Below, in pieces: positions 19,688 to 27,935 of a stretch of DNA of 64,000 bases. Below the pieces are notes generated by a model. The model was not told the DNA's origin. It did not search any database and saw nothing but the letters and a program-made list of their open reading frames with translations. Position numbers and translations under genes: made by a program. Origin of the DNA: Patescibacteria group bacterium (GTDB lineage Bacteria; Patescibacteriota; Patescibacteriia; UBA10025; JAHIVO01). How positions within the stretch are numbered: the first letter of the stretch is position 1; each line of letters opens with the position of its first letter. The stretch covers positions 315,284-379,283 of the forward strand of contig JBAZKE010000001.1 of NCBI GenBank assembly GCA_041650915.1, written 5' to 3'.

Positions 19688-19722
19688 AAAAAAACGGCTC
19701 CGTTGGTGGCTGGAGCCGTTTC
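19688..19722. terminator. bidirectional terminator
   Basis: AAAAAAACGGCTCC...GGAGCCGTTT between convergent ORFs. Confidence 0.7.
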
Positions 19723-19771
19723 TGGGCAAATCCGTCAGGGACGATTTTCAAAACGGGAGCTTCGTTTTCGG

Positions 19772-20143
19772 TCATTCCAGTACGCGGAAGGACCCGACTT
19801 TGAGATTGTAACATAACTTAGGATTCAACATGCGGCCGTCTTCAGCGGGTTCGACCGATTCAATCTCGGTATCGCTGATTTCGACCCAAAAGGGCTGATG
19901 CCGCTCTTCCATTTTCTGGAAAAAAGCGAGTGCTTGTTTCCACGTTTTGATGGATGAGCCGCCGGTGAACTGCGTTTTTTCGAATGAGCTATCGCTCACT
20001 GTCAATTCAATCCGCCGGGCGTTGGGCAGTATGGCTATACTGCAGTCGGGATCGACGAGCAGGTCGACCACCGTCATTTTGCCGAGTGTTTGGTTATGGA
20101 TTGAGCTTACAAACACCTTGATCGGCAACTGATTGATCTTCAT
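19772..20143 (-). CDS. hypothetical protein
   Basis: AGGAGG SD; minus-strand promoter TTGACA-17-TACACT at 20198-20226. Confidence 0.7.
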   Translation of the reverse strand: MKINQLPIKVFVSSIHNQTLGKMTVVDLLVDPDCSIAILPNARRIELTVSDSSFEKTQFTGGSSIKTWKQALAFFQKMEERHQPFWVEISDTEIESVEPAEDGRMLNPKLCYNLKVGSFRVLE

Positions 20144-20349
20144 TCTCGCGCACCTCCTGTATAATTATGCATTCCAATGTACAAAATATAACCTTTGAGT
20201 GTACACCGCTTTGGGAATTTTGTCAATACCCGGCATTTCATATATTTTTAATCCGCTGAATTTTAAATATCCAAATCCACGTTTTGATATTTTTAAGGAT
20301 TGTTAGTATAGTTAAAATTGTTTAATACATTAGCATTAATAAACAATCT

Positions 20350-20562
20350 ATGCCAAATGCCACACTCGCCGACCGCATCAAAGGCGGCGTTGTTTTTGAG
20401 GAAAAATTCATTGAAGTCCTGGCGGCTGATATCGCCAATACGGAGGAGTTTACCGGCCTTGACCAGGCCAAGAAAGGCCAGATCCTCCCTTTGCTGCAGG
20501 TCATGCGGGATGATTCTATCCGCCACCGGAAGATATTAGAAAAAATCGCTGAAAAATACTAA
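20350..20562 (+). CDS. small half-ferritin-like (two-helix) protein
   Basis: FEEKFI...VMRDDSIRHRKILEKI resembles one E...(D/E)xxH helix pair. Confidence 0.6.
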   Translation: MPNATLADRIKGGVVFEEKFIEVLAADIANTEEFTGLDQAKKGQILPLLQVMRDDSIRHRKILEKIAEKY

Positions 20563-20563
20563 T

Positions 20564-20761
20564 ATGAACAATTCCATTGATTCCCTAATCCGCCAGATCG
20601 AGGAGCTGAAATCCATGGAGGATGCGGCGTACCATCTCTACGGCACGATCCTGCCTGACATTTCCGATCCCCAGGACCGGGCCGCTGTTCAGCGGGTCCA
20701 GATCGAGGAAGAGAAGCATTCCAAAATGGCCGCGCGCATACTCACCATTTTGCGGTCATAA
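20564..20761 (+). CDS. small half-ferritin/rubrerythrin-like protein
   Basis: MEDAAYHLY...VQIEEEKH, a typical E...EExxH helix pair. Confidence 0.72.
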   Translation: MNNSIDSLIRQIEELKSMEDAAYHLYGTILPDISDPQDRAAVQRVQIEEEKHSKMAARILTILRS

Positions 20762-20850
20762 GCATTTATTATTCAGACAAAGCCTCGGGCGCACAGCCCG
20801 GGGTTTATTGTGATTGATTTCCCGCTTATTTCAGCGTACGATGGTAGCAT

Positions 20851-21330
20851 ATGCGTAAAGCCATTTTCTACTTCTCCAAATGGGGCGCCACCAAACAGTA
20901 CGCCGACTGGATCGCCGAAGCGGTCCCCGGCACTGACGTCATTGACGCGATCAACGGTAAACCCGATCCGTCCCCGTACGGCGCGATAATTATTGCCACC
21001 CGGGCGTATATGGGCCGTATCGCCGCAGCGTCGTACCTTGCGCGTAACAGGGAAACGCTGAAAAGCAAGAAGGTATACTTGCTGGTTGTCGGCATGTCGC
21101 CGCAAGATGCGGATGACAGCAAAATGCAATACAACAGTATTCCCGTGGAGATCCGCAATGCACTCCAGGGATATGCCAAAGTTCCGGGCGCCATTGATCT
21201 GGACAAGCTCGGCTTCATCGTAAAGAAGATGTTCAAGATGTTTTCAAAAGGCGCGCCTAAGAGCGAAAATCAGGCGGCAAAGGAGCACATCGCGCCGGTG
21301 ATTGAGTGGCTGAAAAAAATTATAAATTAA
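20851..21330 (+). CDS. flavodoxin-domain protein (HemG/Flavodoxin_5-like)
   Basis: FMN loop YFSKWGATKQYADWIAE; 'YMGRI'; 'GAIDLDKLGF'. Confidence 0.85.
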   Translation: MRKAIFYFSKWGATKQYADWIAEAVPGTDVIDAINGKPDPSPYGAIIIATRAYMGRIAAASYLARNRETLKSKKVYLLVVGMSPQDADDSKMQYNSIPVEIRNALQGYAKVPGAIDLDKLGFIVKKMFKMFSKGAPKSENQAAKEHIAPVIEWLKKIIN

Positions 21331-21340
21331 CTCTATTACT

Positions 21341-21517
21341 ATGAAGAGATTTGAATACAAAATTGAACCTGGCAGCAGTAGAGGTCATGATGATACTCCA
21401 TTCTTAAATACTAATGGCAAGGAGGGCTGGGAGTTAGTTTCGGTATCAATAGAAAAAGGTGAGGGGTTAGGCGCAAAACGAAGAATGTATTTTTTTAAGC
21501 GGCAAATTGAAGAGTAA
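21341..21517 (+). CDS. DUF4177-like small protein (58 aa, below the ORF-track cutoff)
   Basis: Hand translation MKRFEYKIEPGSSRGHDDTPFLNTNGKEGWELVSVSIEKGEGLGAKRRMYFFKRQIEE fits the EYK...LN..G.EGWELV...FKR pattern. Confidence 0.8.
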   Translation: MKRFEYKIEPGSSRGHDDTPFLNTNGKEGWELVSVSIEKGEGLGAKRRMYFFKRQIEE

Positions 21518-21595
21518 ATATAAGGTAAAATCTGACATCCAGCCGATTGTGGATTTTATAAGGGGGAAGGGGGATTAGTGGGGTGTAAATCGGCA

Positions 21596-21657
21596 TTGAT
21601 TTTCTTAGAAAAAGGGGGTATAATTAACTTGACATTGCCTAAAAAACAGAGTAACTT
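21596..21657 (+). promoter_or_regulatory. tandem sigma-70 promoters upstream of the TA pair
   Basis: TTGATT-17-TATAAT (21596-21624) and TTGACA-17-TAACTT (21629-21657). Confidence 0.6.
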
Positions 21658-21677
21658 CAGCTGTTAATGTACCAGGT

Positions 21678-22277
21678 ATGTGGATAAAAGTAGGCAATTA
21701 TAAAAAAGAAGACATCCAAAAGCTTAAAGAGCTTTTAGTTTTTATTGTTGAAAAATACGAAGCTGATATATTAACCGAAACAAAGCTTTGGAAATTAGCA
21801 TATTTTTGTGAATCAAATTTTTATTTTAAAAATCATCGCACGATTACAGGAATTAATTATTATAAAAATAAATTTGGACCAACCCCTGATTATAAAGTGA
21901 TAAGCAGTATTATGGAGGAAATTGATGGTACGTATATTCAACGAAAAGAAGCGGCAAGACTAGGGGGTGGTAGGATGATTCTTTATTCAAAACTTAGTGA
22001 TTACCCGATAAAAAAATTATCAGGCGAAGAGCAAAGGGAGATTCTCGATACATGTGCAAAGTACTCGAAATTAAATACAAATGAAATCATGATACTCGCT
22101 CACAAGGATCCCCCTTATCTGGGCGCAGATGATGATGAAAAGATAAACTTTGATTTTGTTTTACATCGTGATGATTTAATTGATAACGAAGAATGCGAGA
22201 TTAATACGGATTCTGAAATTTTAGTTTCCGGAGAGGCCGCAAAGAAGCTCCTTGATTATGCAAAGTCAAAAGTATAA
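21678..22277 (+). CDS. Panacea (DUF4065/SocA/GepA) family antitoxin
   Basis: TKLWKLAYF...ITG..Y....FGP motif and later 'AHKDPP'; AT-rich. Confidence 0.85.
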   Translation: MWIKVGNYKKEDIQKLKELLVFIVEKYEADILTETKLWKLAYFCESNFYFKNHRTITGINYYKNKFGPTPDYKVISSIMEEIDGTYIQRKEAARLGGGRMILYSKLSDYPIKKLSGEEQREILDTCAKYSKLNTNEIMILAHKDPPYLGADDDEKINFDFVLHRDDLIDNEECEINTDSEILVSGEAAKKLLDYAKSKV

Positions 22278-22686
22278 TGTTGCTGGAAACCAATATATAA
22301 AACGTGACTTAAAGCGTTTAAAAAAATTCAAATCACTTGAGAAGGACATTCAAGATAAGATAAAAATAATTATTGGAGGACTGCAGGATCATCAGGCTAG
22401 TTTTAGTAGTTTTCCATTTTCAGTTTTCATCACTAAAGCAAGCTTAAACGGAAAAGAGATCTGGTTCTATAAAGCCAGAATTGGCATTACTTCATGTCGT
22501 CTATCAGCCAGTAATGGTTGTCGTTTAATATTTGGTTATATTCCGGCGGATTATATATTTGTTCCGATATTGGTATATTCTGCTTCAGACGAAGGGACTG
22601 CTTACAATATTAACAAAAAGCAAATACCATTGAAGCATGAAGGATTAAAAAAAATCATTACTGAGAAATTACAATCGGAGTTTTGA
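22258..22686 (+). CDS. putative RelE/ParE-superfamily toxin
   Basis: Basic protein overlapping the antitoxin; KRDLKRLKKFKSL..DI and YKARI...S.GCRLIFGY resemble RelE-like RNases. Confidence 0.65.
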   Translation: MQSQKYNVAGNQYIKRDLKRLKKFKSLEKDIQDKIKIIIGGLQDHQASFSSFPFSVFITKASLNGKEIWFYKARIGITSCRLSASNGCRLIFGYIPADYIFVPILVYSASDEGTAYNINKKQIPLKHEGLKKIITEKLQSEF

Positions 22687-22787
22687 TCCCCCCACCCCCG
22701 ACTGCGCATCCGTCTGATTGACAGAGGGTACATTCAGGATTAGATTATAGATACAAATCTTCCCCATAACCAATGGGGATTTTATGT

Positions 22788-23090
22788 ATGTATTACGTCT
22801 ACATTTTAGCGACTAAGTACAACAAGATGCTGTACGTCGGCGTTACCGGCAACCTAGAAGGCAGGGTGCGCCAACACAAGCGTAAGGAAGTGCCTGGCTT
22901 CACTCAAAAGTACAACATAACGAAGCTTGTTTACTATGAGGAGTACCAGTATGTACTTGACGCGATTTACCGGGAAAAGCAGATTAAGGGGTGGCTGCGG
23001 AAGAAAAAAGATATGTTGATTACGAATTTCAATCCTGGATGGAATGATCTGAGTAAGGGATGGTATAACGATTTTCCTTTGTCATCCTGA
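22788..23090 (+). CDS. stand-alone GIY-YIG nuclease (copy 1)
   Basis: YVYIL...LYVGVT..L..R..QH...AI.REKQIKGW...NP.W.DL; promoter TTGACA-17-TAGATT at 22718-22746. Confidence 0.93.
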   Translation: MYYVYILATKYNKMLYVGVTGNLEGRVRQHKRKEVPGFTQKYNITKLVYYEEYQYVLDAIYREKQIKGWLRKKKDMLITNFNPGWNDLSKGWYNDFPLSS

Positions 23091-23200
23091 GTCTATTTGT
23101 TTCTTGTCATCCTGAGCGTAAGCGAAGGATATAATCATATCCTTCGGTCGTATGACTCCCTCAGGATGACAAGGGTAGGTAAAACCCGGGATGACAAACG
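23078..23200. repeat. cluster of TGTCAT-tagged palindromic (REP/REPIN-like) repeats
   Basis: CTTGTCATCCTGAG (23103-16) and CTCAGGATGACAAG (23160-73) are inverted, with inner stem CGAAGGATAT/ATATCCTTCG; outer partial copies at 23078-91 and 23187-200. Confidence 0.85.
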
Positions 23201-23387
23201 AGGGGAGGACTTGGGGGGTTCAAACATAGGGCGCGGGAGGGATTGGCGTTGTTCGAGGACGAGCAAGAGCGGCATTGCCGAAACCATGCCGTAAAATGCC
23301 ATACGAATTTTTCGGACTCGCTACACACCAATAGCTTGTTTTTACTGTTGAACAGGCGTAAAATATATGCATAAGCAGCACAACACG

Positions 23388-24299
23388 ATGAAAAAACCAC
23401 TCGCCATAATAGGTATCCTAGCCGTTGTTTGTATCGGCGGATATTTTATTTACGACCAGTTGAGCGGCGGTACGGATACCCAGCAAACGAGCGTTCCAAG
23501 CGATAAGAGTGATGGCAATAGTTCCGGCGAAAGCATCAATACGAATTCCAATGCGAATGTGGGCGCTGATTCAGCTGCTATATCCGGCAGCGGCCATAAC
23601 ATCATTTTCCTGCACCACAGCACGGGCGCGAACGTCTGGGCCGGCGGGGTATCGGAATGGTTCGACGACTATAACGCGGAACACGGCACGAGCTACCGGA
23701 TAACCGACCGGGAGTTCCCGAAAGATTCCCCGTACGGCTGGGAAAACTATCCGTACGACTACTGGAACATCTGGGTCAGCCATGCCGGCGAAAGCGAATA
23801 CCTAGAGGAGCCGACGCTGGAGATTTTAACGGGCGAGTACGATACGATCGTTTGGAAGCACTGTTTTCCGGTGAGCGATATCGGGCCGGATACCGGAAGC
23901 CCGAGCGCCAGCTCACCCGACAAGACGGTCGGGAACTACAAGCTGCAGTACGCCGCCCTGAAAGATAAAATGCTGGAGTTCCCTGAAAATACATTCATCG
24001 TCTGGACGGGCGCGGCGCAGGTGCAGGAAGCGACTAGTGCCGATTCTGCGGAACGGGCACGGGAATTTTTTACCTGGGTGGCCGATACTTGGGATGAGCC
24101 CGGTGACAACATTTTTATCTGGGATTTTTACAGCCTGGAAACGGAAGGCAGCCTGTATGTACAGGGCGGCTATTCCGCGGGCCCGGGCGATTCTCATCCC
24201 AGTTCCGGTTTTTCACAAACGGTAGCACCGCTGTTTGGACGGAGAATTACCAGTGTCATAGAAGGAAACGGGGATAGCAGCAGCATAACCGGAGCGTGA
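23388..24299 (+). CDS. membrane-anchored hypothetical protein, possibly an SGNH-like hydrolase
   Basis: N-terminal TM and Ser/Asn linker; IIFLHHSTG and GDSHP resemble SGNH blocks I and V. Confidence 0.65.
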   Translation: MKKPLAIIGILAVVCIGGYFIYDQLSGGTDTQQTSVPSDKSDGNSSGESINTNSNANVGADSAAISGSGHNIIFLHHSTGANVWAGGVSEWFDDYNAEHGTSYRITDREFPKDSPYGWENYPYDYWNIWVSHAGESEYLEEPTLEILTGEYDTIVWKHCFPVSDIGPDTGSPSASSPDKTVGNYKLQYAALKDKMLEFPENTFIVWTGAAQVQEATSADSAERAREFFTWVADTWDEPGDNIFIWDFYSLETEGSLYVQGGYSAGPGDSHPSSGFSQTVAPLFGRRITSVIEGNGDSSSITGA

Positions 24300-24413
24300 G
24301 CCTTGCTCAGGAGCTGCCGGTTGGAAGTTGTAACCGGGCAGCATGGTTTTTTAAAAAAAAGTAGGGTTGGGAGCTCGATACGAATAGTGTTTCAATTTTT
24401 TTTAAAGGAATCA

Positions 24414-25274
24414 ATGTCAAACGCAATTTCAGTCAGCAAGCTTTCAAAAGATTACGGCGCGGTCCACGCGCTGGAGGGGGTGAGCCTGGATATTCCCGTT
24501 GGCCGCATTACCGGCCTGGTCGGCCCGAACGGCGCCGGGAAAACGACGTTTATCAAGGCGCTTGTCGGCGCGTTGCAACCAACCGCCGGGGCTGTTCAGG
24601 TTCTTGGCATGGACCCGATCAAGGAACGCTGGATGCTCAGGAAGAAAATCGGGTACATGCCCCAGGAGCCGGCGCTGTATACCGACCTGTCTGCCAGGGA
24701 AAACGTTGTGTTCTATGCCCACGTTCACCGTGCGAAGAACGCCCGCAGCCGGGCCGATACGCTGCTAGGTGAATTGGATCTTGGCGACCGGCTCGACAGC
24801 CCCGTCCATACGCTGTCCGGCGGCATGCAAAAGCGCGTGTCATTGGCGTGCGCGCTGGCCCACGATCCGGAGCTCTTGATACTCGATGAGCCTACTGCCG
24901 CGCTCGACCCGCTACTCAAGCGGCATTTATGGGCGCGGTTTAAGCAGCTGGCGCATGCGGGAAAAACACTCTTAGTCAGCACGCACCTCATCGACGAAGC
25001 CATGCTCTGTGATACCGTGATCCTGCTTCGGAGCGGGCGCGTCGTTGCCATTGATGCGCCACGCTCGCTCGTCGCTTCCGGCACCGCAACCGTCCGTTTT
25101 CGCGCTTCTGGGCGCGAATGGTCGGAAACCGTTTCTGCTGGCGGGGCAGCCATCGCGGCAGCGCTGCGCAAGCACGGGCTGTCGGATGAGATTACGGGCT
25201 TGGAGGTTGAGGCCGAGAATCTCGAGGACGTCATGGTCGCGAAGCTTGAACAGCAAGGGAAGGGAAAACTATGA
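24414..25274 (+). CDS. ABC-2 type transporter ATP-binding protein
   Basis: GPNGAGKTT, LSGGMQKR, LDEPT, STH; ATG 24414 chosen. Confidence 0.93.
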   Translation: MSNAISVSKLSKDYGAVHALEGVSLDIPVGRITGLVGPNGAGKTTFIKALVGALQPTAGAVQVLGMDPIKERWMLRKKIGYMPQEPALYTDLSARENVVFYAHVHRAKNARSRADTLLGELDLGDRLDSPVHTLSGGMQKRVSLACALAHDPELLILDEPTAALDPLLKRHLWARFKQLAHAGKTLLVSTHLIDEAMLCDTVILLRSGRVVAIDAPRSLVASGTATVRFRASGREWSETVSAGGAAIAAALRKHGLSDEITGLEVEAENLEDVMVAKLEQQGKGKL

Positions 25275-26005
25275 ACATACTGATTGTCGCTCTGCGCGTA
25301 CTGCAGCAGCTCCGGCGCGACCGGCGGTTCCTGGCGCTCATGATTATCGTGCCCCTGCTCGTCGGCTACTTCCTGAAATTATTTTTTGACACACTGCCGC
25401 CGGCCGTGTCGCGGGAGGCGTTTGTCGTGCCGTTTACCCCTTACATCGTGTATTTTCTTACGTTCCTCCTGAGCGCGATCCTGCTGGTACAGGAGCGAAC
25501 GACCGGCACCCTGAACCGCATGCTCATCAACGGGCTCCATAAGACCGACATCATCATCGGGTACGTCGTGGGGTATCTCGCGTTGGCGCTCATACAGGCA
25601 AGTTTCGTGCTTGCGGAAATCGTCTGGCTCTTCGAGCTTGACTACAGCTGGCAGGCGATCCTGGCGCTTGCGGGGCTGCTGTTCCTGCTGGCAATCGTGT
25701 CAGTGCTGTTGGGGATATTCATTTCGACGTTTGCACGCCGTGAAGCGCAGGTGTTTCCGTTTATTCCGCTGCTGGTAGTATTACCCGCCTTTTTATCCGG
25801 CTTGCTTGCCGACACATCGCTCTTGCCGTCATGGGCTGAAATCCTCGGGCATGCGTTTCCTATCCGGTACGCGATCATTGCCGCGAAAGCTGCGATTGTT
25901 ACTGGATTCGATGCGGTAGCGTACTGGCAAAATATCGGGTACCTCGGGCTGTTCGGCGTCGGGCTTACGGTACTTGGATCATTTACCTTCAGGGAAAGGG
26001 AATAA
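25271..26005 (+). CDS. ABC-2 type transporter permease
   Basis: QERTTGTLNRM motif, about 6 TM, 4-nt overlap with the ATPase. Confidence 0.9.
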   Translation: MNILIVALRVLQQLRRDRRFLALMIIVPLLVGYFLKLFFDTLPPAVSREAFVVPFTPYIVYFLTFLLSAILLVQERTTGTLNRMLINGLHKTDIIIGYVVGYLALALIQASFVLAEIVWLFELDYSWQAILALAGLLFLLAIVSVLLGIFISTFARREAQVFPFIPLLVVLPAFLSGLLADTSLLPSWAEILGHAFPIRYAIIAAKAAIVTGFDAVAYWQNIGYLGLFGVGLTVLGSFTFRERE

Positions 26006-26048
26006 AAACTTCCAACGAGCGTGCAATTCATTTCGTAACAATATCACG

Positions 26049-26534
26049 ATGGAAAACTACAACCCCACAACCGACTGCTGTCCGCGATTTGACCCCGCAC
26101 CGTGGGACGGGAAAACGTTCGAGTGGCAGGCAAAGAAATTCATCAAGGACAAGGTATTCACCATGTTCAATATTCCGATGAATTTCGGGCAGGTAGTGAA
26201 GCGGATGAACGCGAAAATTGACGCATCGGGCGCGAAGGCGCTTGACTGGATGTCGCTTTCTGACCACACCTCGAAATGGAACATGGACCTGTACATTGCC
26301 GTAGATAAGGAAATTCCGGGTGCGGAAAATGCCACCTTGAGCGGCAAGCATTTGAGCAAAGTGTACGAGGGAGATTTCAGGGACACCAGCAAGTGGTGCG
26401 ATGATTTCAAAGAATACGCAAAACAGCAGGGGTATGGTGAAATCAAGAAATGGTACATGTGGTACACGACCTGCCCGAAGTGCGCCAAGAAGTACGGGAA
26501 GAATTACGTCGTGATAATTGCTAAGATAAATTAA
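26049..26534 (+). CDS. conserved 'hydrolase'-annotated protein (CCP.FDP...YTTCPKC family)
   Basis: CCPRFDPAPWD...YEG...WYTTCPKCAKKYGKNYVV. Confidence 0.75.
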   Translation: MENYNPTTDCCPRFDPAPWDGKTFEWQAKKFIKDKVFTMFNIPMNFGQVVKRMNAKIDASGAKALDWMSLSDHTSKWNMDLYIAVDKEIPGAENATLSGKHLSKVYEGDFRDTSKWCDDFKEYAKQQGYGEIKKWYMWYTTCPKCAKKYGKNYVVIIAKIN

Positions 26535-26538
26535 ACGT

Positions 26539-26721
26539 ATGATGGACGTCAACGTTACAAAGCGCGGCGGAGAAGCGGTGTACGGCCTCGGGTTCATCGG
26601 CGCGGCGATATACTACATATCCGTGGCAACGGGTTTCTGGGTAGGCGTGCTCGGATTCCTGAAAGCGATTGTGTGGCCGGTATTTTTCGTGTATGGGGCG
26701 CTGAAATTCTTTGCGGGTTAA
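26539..26721 (+). CDS. small 2-TM conserved membrane protein
   Basis: VYGLGFIGAAIYYI...FW.GVLG.LKA.VWP. Confidence 0.75.
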   Translation: MMDVNVTKRGGEAVYGLGFIGAAIYYISVATGFWVGVLGFLKAIVWPVFFVYGALKFFAG

Positions 26722-26876
26722 TTTCATGAACTCCATCACACTCTTGGGAAGGTTATATGTAGAAAGTTGAAAGAAGGAAGTATGGTTATAAGTTAAAAAG
26801 TCTTAAGTTTTTAAAATCTATAACTTTCAACTTACTTCATGACCTATTTCTTTAAACATTAAACTTAAAACTCCCA

Positions 26877-27320
26877 ATGAATTCAATTACCTTACAAGGA
26901 ACGTGGATCATCAAAGCGCCTCGGGACAAGGTGTATGCCATCATGTCCGATTTTGAGAATATGCCGAAATACTTCCCCAAGGTGGCGAAGTCACTGAAGA
27001 TCATCAAGCGCGACGGGAACCATTTGACCATCGACGGCACGGCCAAGACGTGGGGCAAAACCCTCACCGTGCGCATGGAAACCGAGCTGAAGCCGCCGTA
27101 CGGGTTCATTTCGGACAACAAAAGCGCCATCGGCACCCAGGGACACGAGGAATTCATGATGGAAGAAATTCCCGAGGGGACGCGTATCAATTACCTATAC
27201 CAGGTGGAGATCAAGAATGCGTTCTTGCGCGCCTTCGCGAAACCATTGATCGGCTGGTACGCCATGCGGCATTGGGAAAAAGCGGTGGTCGATGTGCTCA
27301 GGAAGATGCTGGAGAAATAA
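26877..27320 (+). CDS. SRPBCC (START-like) family protein
   Basis: IIKAPRDKVYAIMSDFENMPKYFP N-terminal motif; GTRINY. Confidence 0.85.
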   Translation: MNSITLQGTWIIKAPRDKVYAIMSDFENMPKYFPKVAKSLKIIKRDGNHLTIDGTAKTWGKTLTVRMETELKPPYGFISDNKSAIGTQGHEEFMMEEIPEGTRINYLYQVEIKNAFLRAFAKPLIGWYAMRHWEKAVVDVLRKMLEK

Positions 27321-27360
27321 TAAAAACAACGCCCCACGGTTGGTGTGCCGTAAGGCGTTT

Positions 27361-27723
27361 TCAGTAATCAGCATCGTGCTCATCAATTTCGGTCATGCTC
27401 CATTCAAAGCCGCACGCTTGGCAGTGGAAATCGGTTTTCGCTACCTTCACGAATCGCGCCGGAAATGCAAAGCCGAACTTCGATCCGCGCGGGTATACGA
27501 GGTAATGGCGCGATCCGCAGCTTGGGCAGCACCGCTGTGCTGGTTTTTCCACGTCCGCGATAACTCCGATGACCAGGAGAAACCAGATCGTGAAAGCGAG
27601 CGAACTCGCTGCCACGAGGAGCCAGCCGATGACCGCGAAGACGATGTTGCCAGTGCCAAGACAGACCGATGAAAGCAGACGGAGCGCGAGAGCCATGAGC
27701 AGGAGCCTTGTCTTATGTGACAT
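27361..27723 (-). CDS. membrane protein with C-terminal Zn-ribbon
   Basis: Two TMs then CPSCGS...CQACG; GGAGG SD before ATG 27723. Confidence 0.7.
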   Translation of the reverse strand: MSHKTRLLLMALALRLLSSVCLGTGNIVFAVIGWLLVAASSLAFTIWFLLVIGVIADVEKPAQRCCPSCGSRHYLVYPRGSKFGFAFPARFVKVAKTDFHCQACGFEWSMTEIDEHDADY

Positions 27724-27935
27724 GCGCCCTCCAATGCAAAAAAAGAACTTTTGCTGATTGTAGCTCACCAGCGCCGAACCGTCAATGCCTCGCAGCTCGG
27801 TTGCCGTTCGGGGGAATTTTTTACCATATCATAGCCATGCGCCATGCATACGGTGCCGGATTGACGTTGGCCGTTACCCGTGTTAGGATGTATTGAAAAA
27901 CACACAACCATAAAACAACCATAGAGGAGGTTGAC

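Noticed and set aside
23078-23200. CRISPR array or integron attC interpretation of the repeats
   Set aside because: The repeats are inverted and few, with no regular spacers, no cas or integrase gene, and no RYYYAAC/GTTRRRY ends.
23097-23294. 65-aa ORF (MFLVILSVSEG...LRMT) and the 74-aa minus ORF at 40221-40445
   Set aside because: They are translations of the palindromic repeats, not credible genes.
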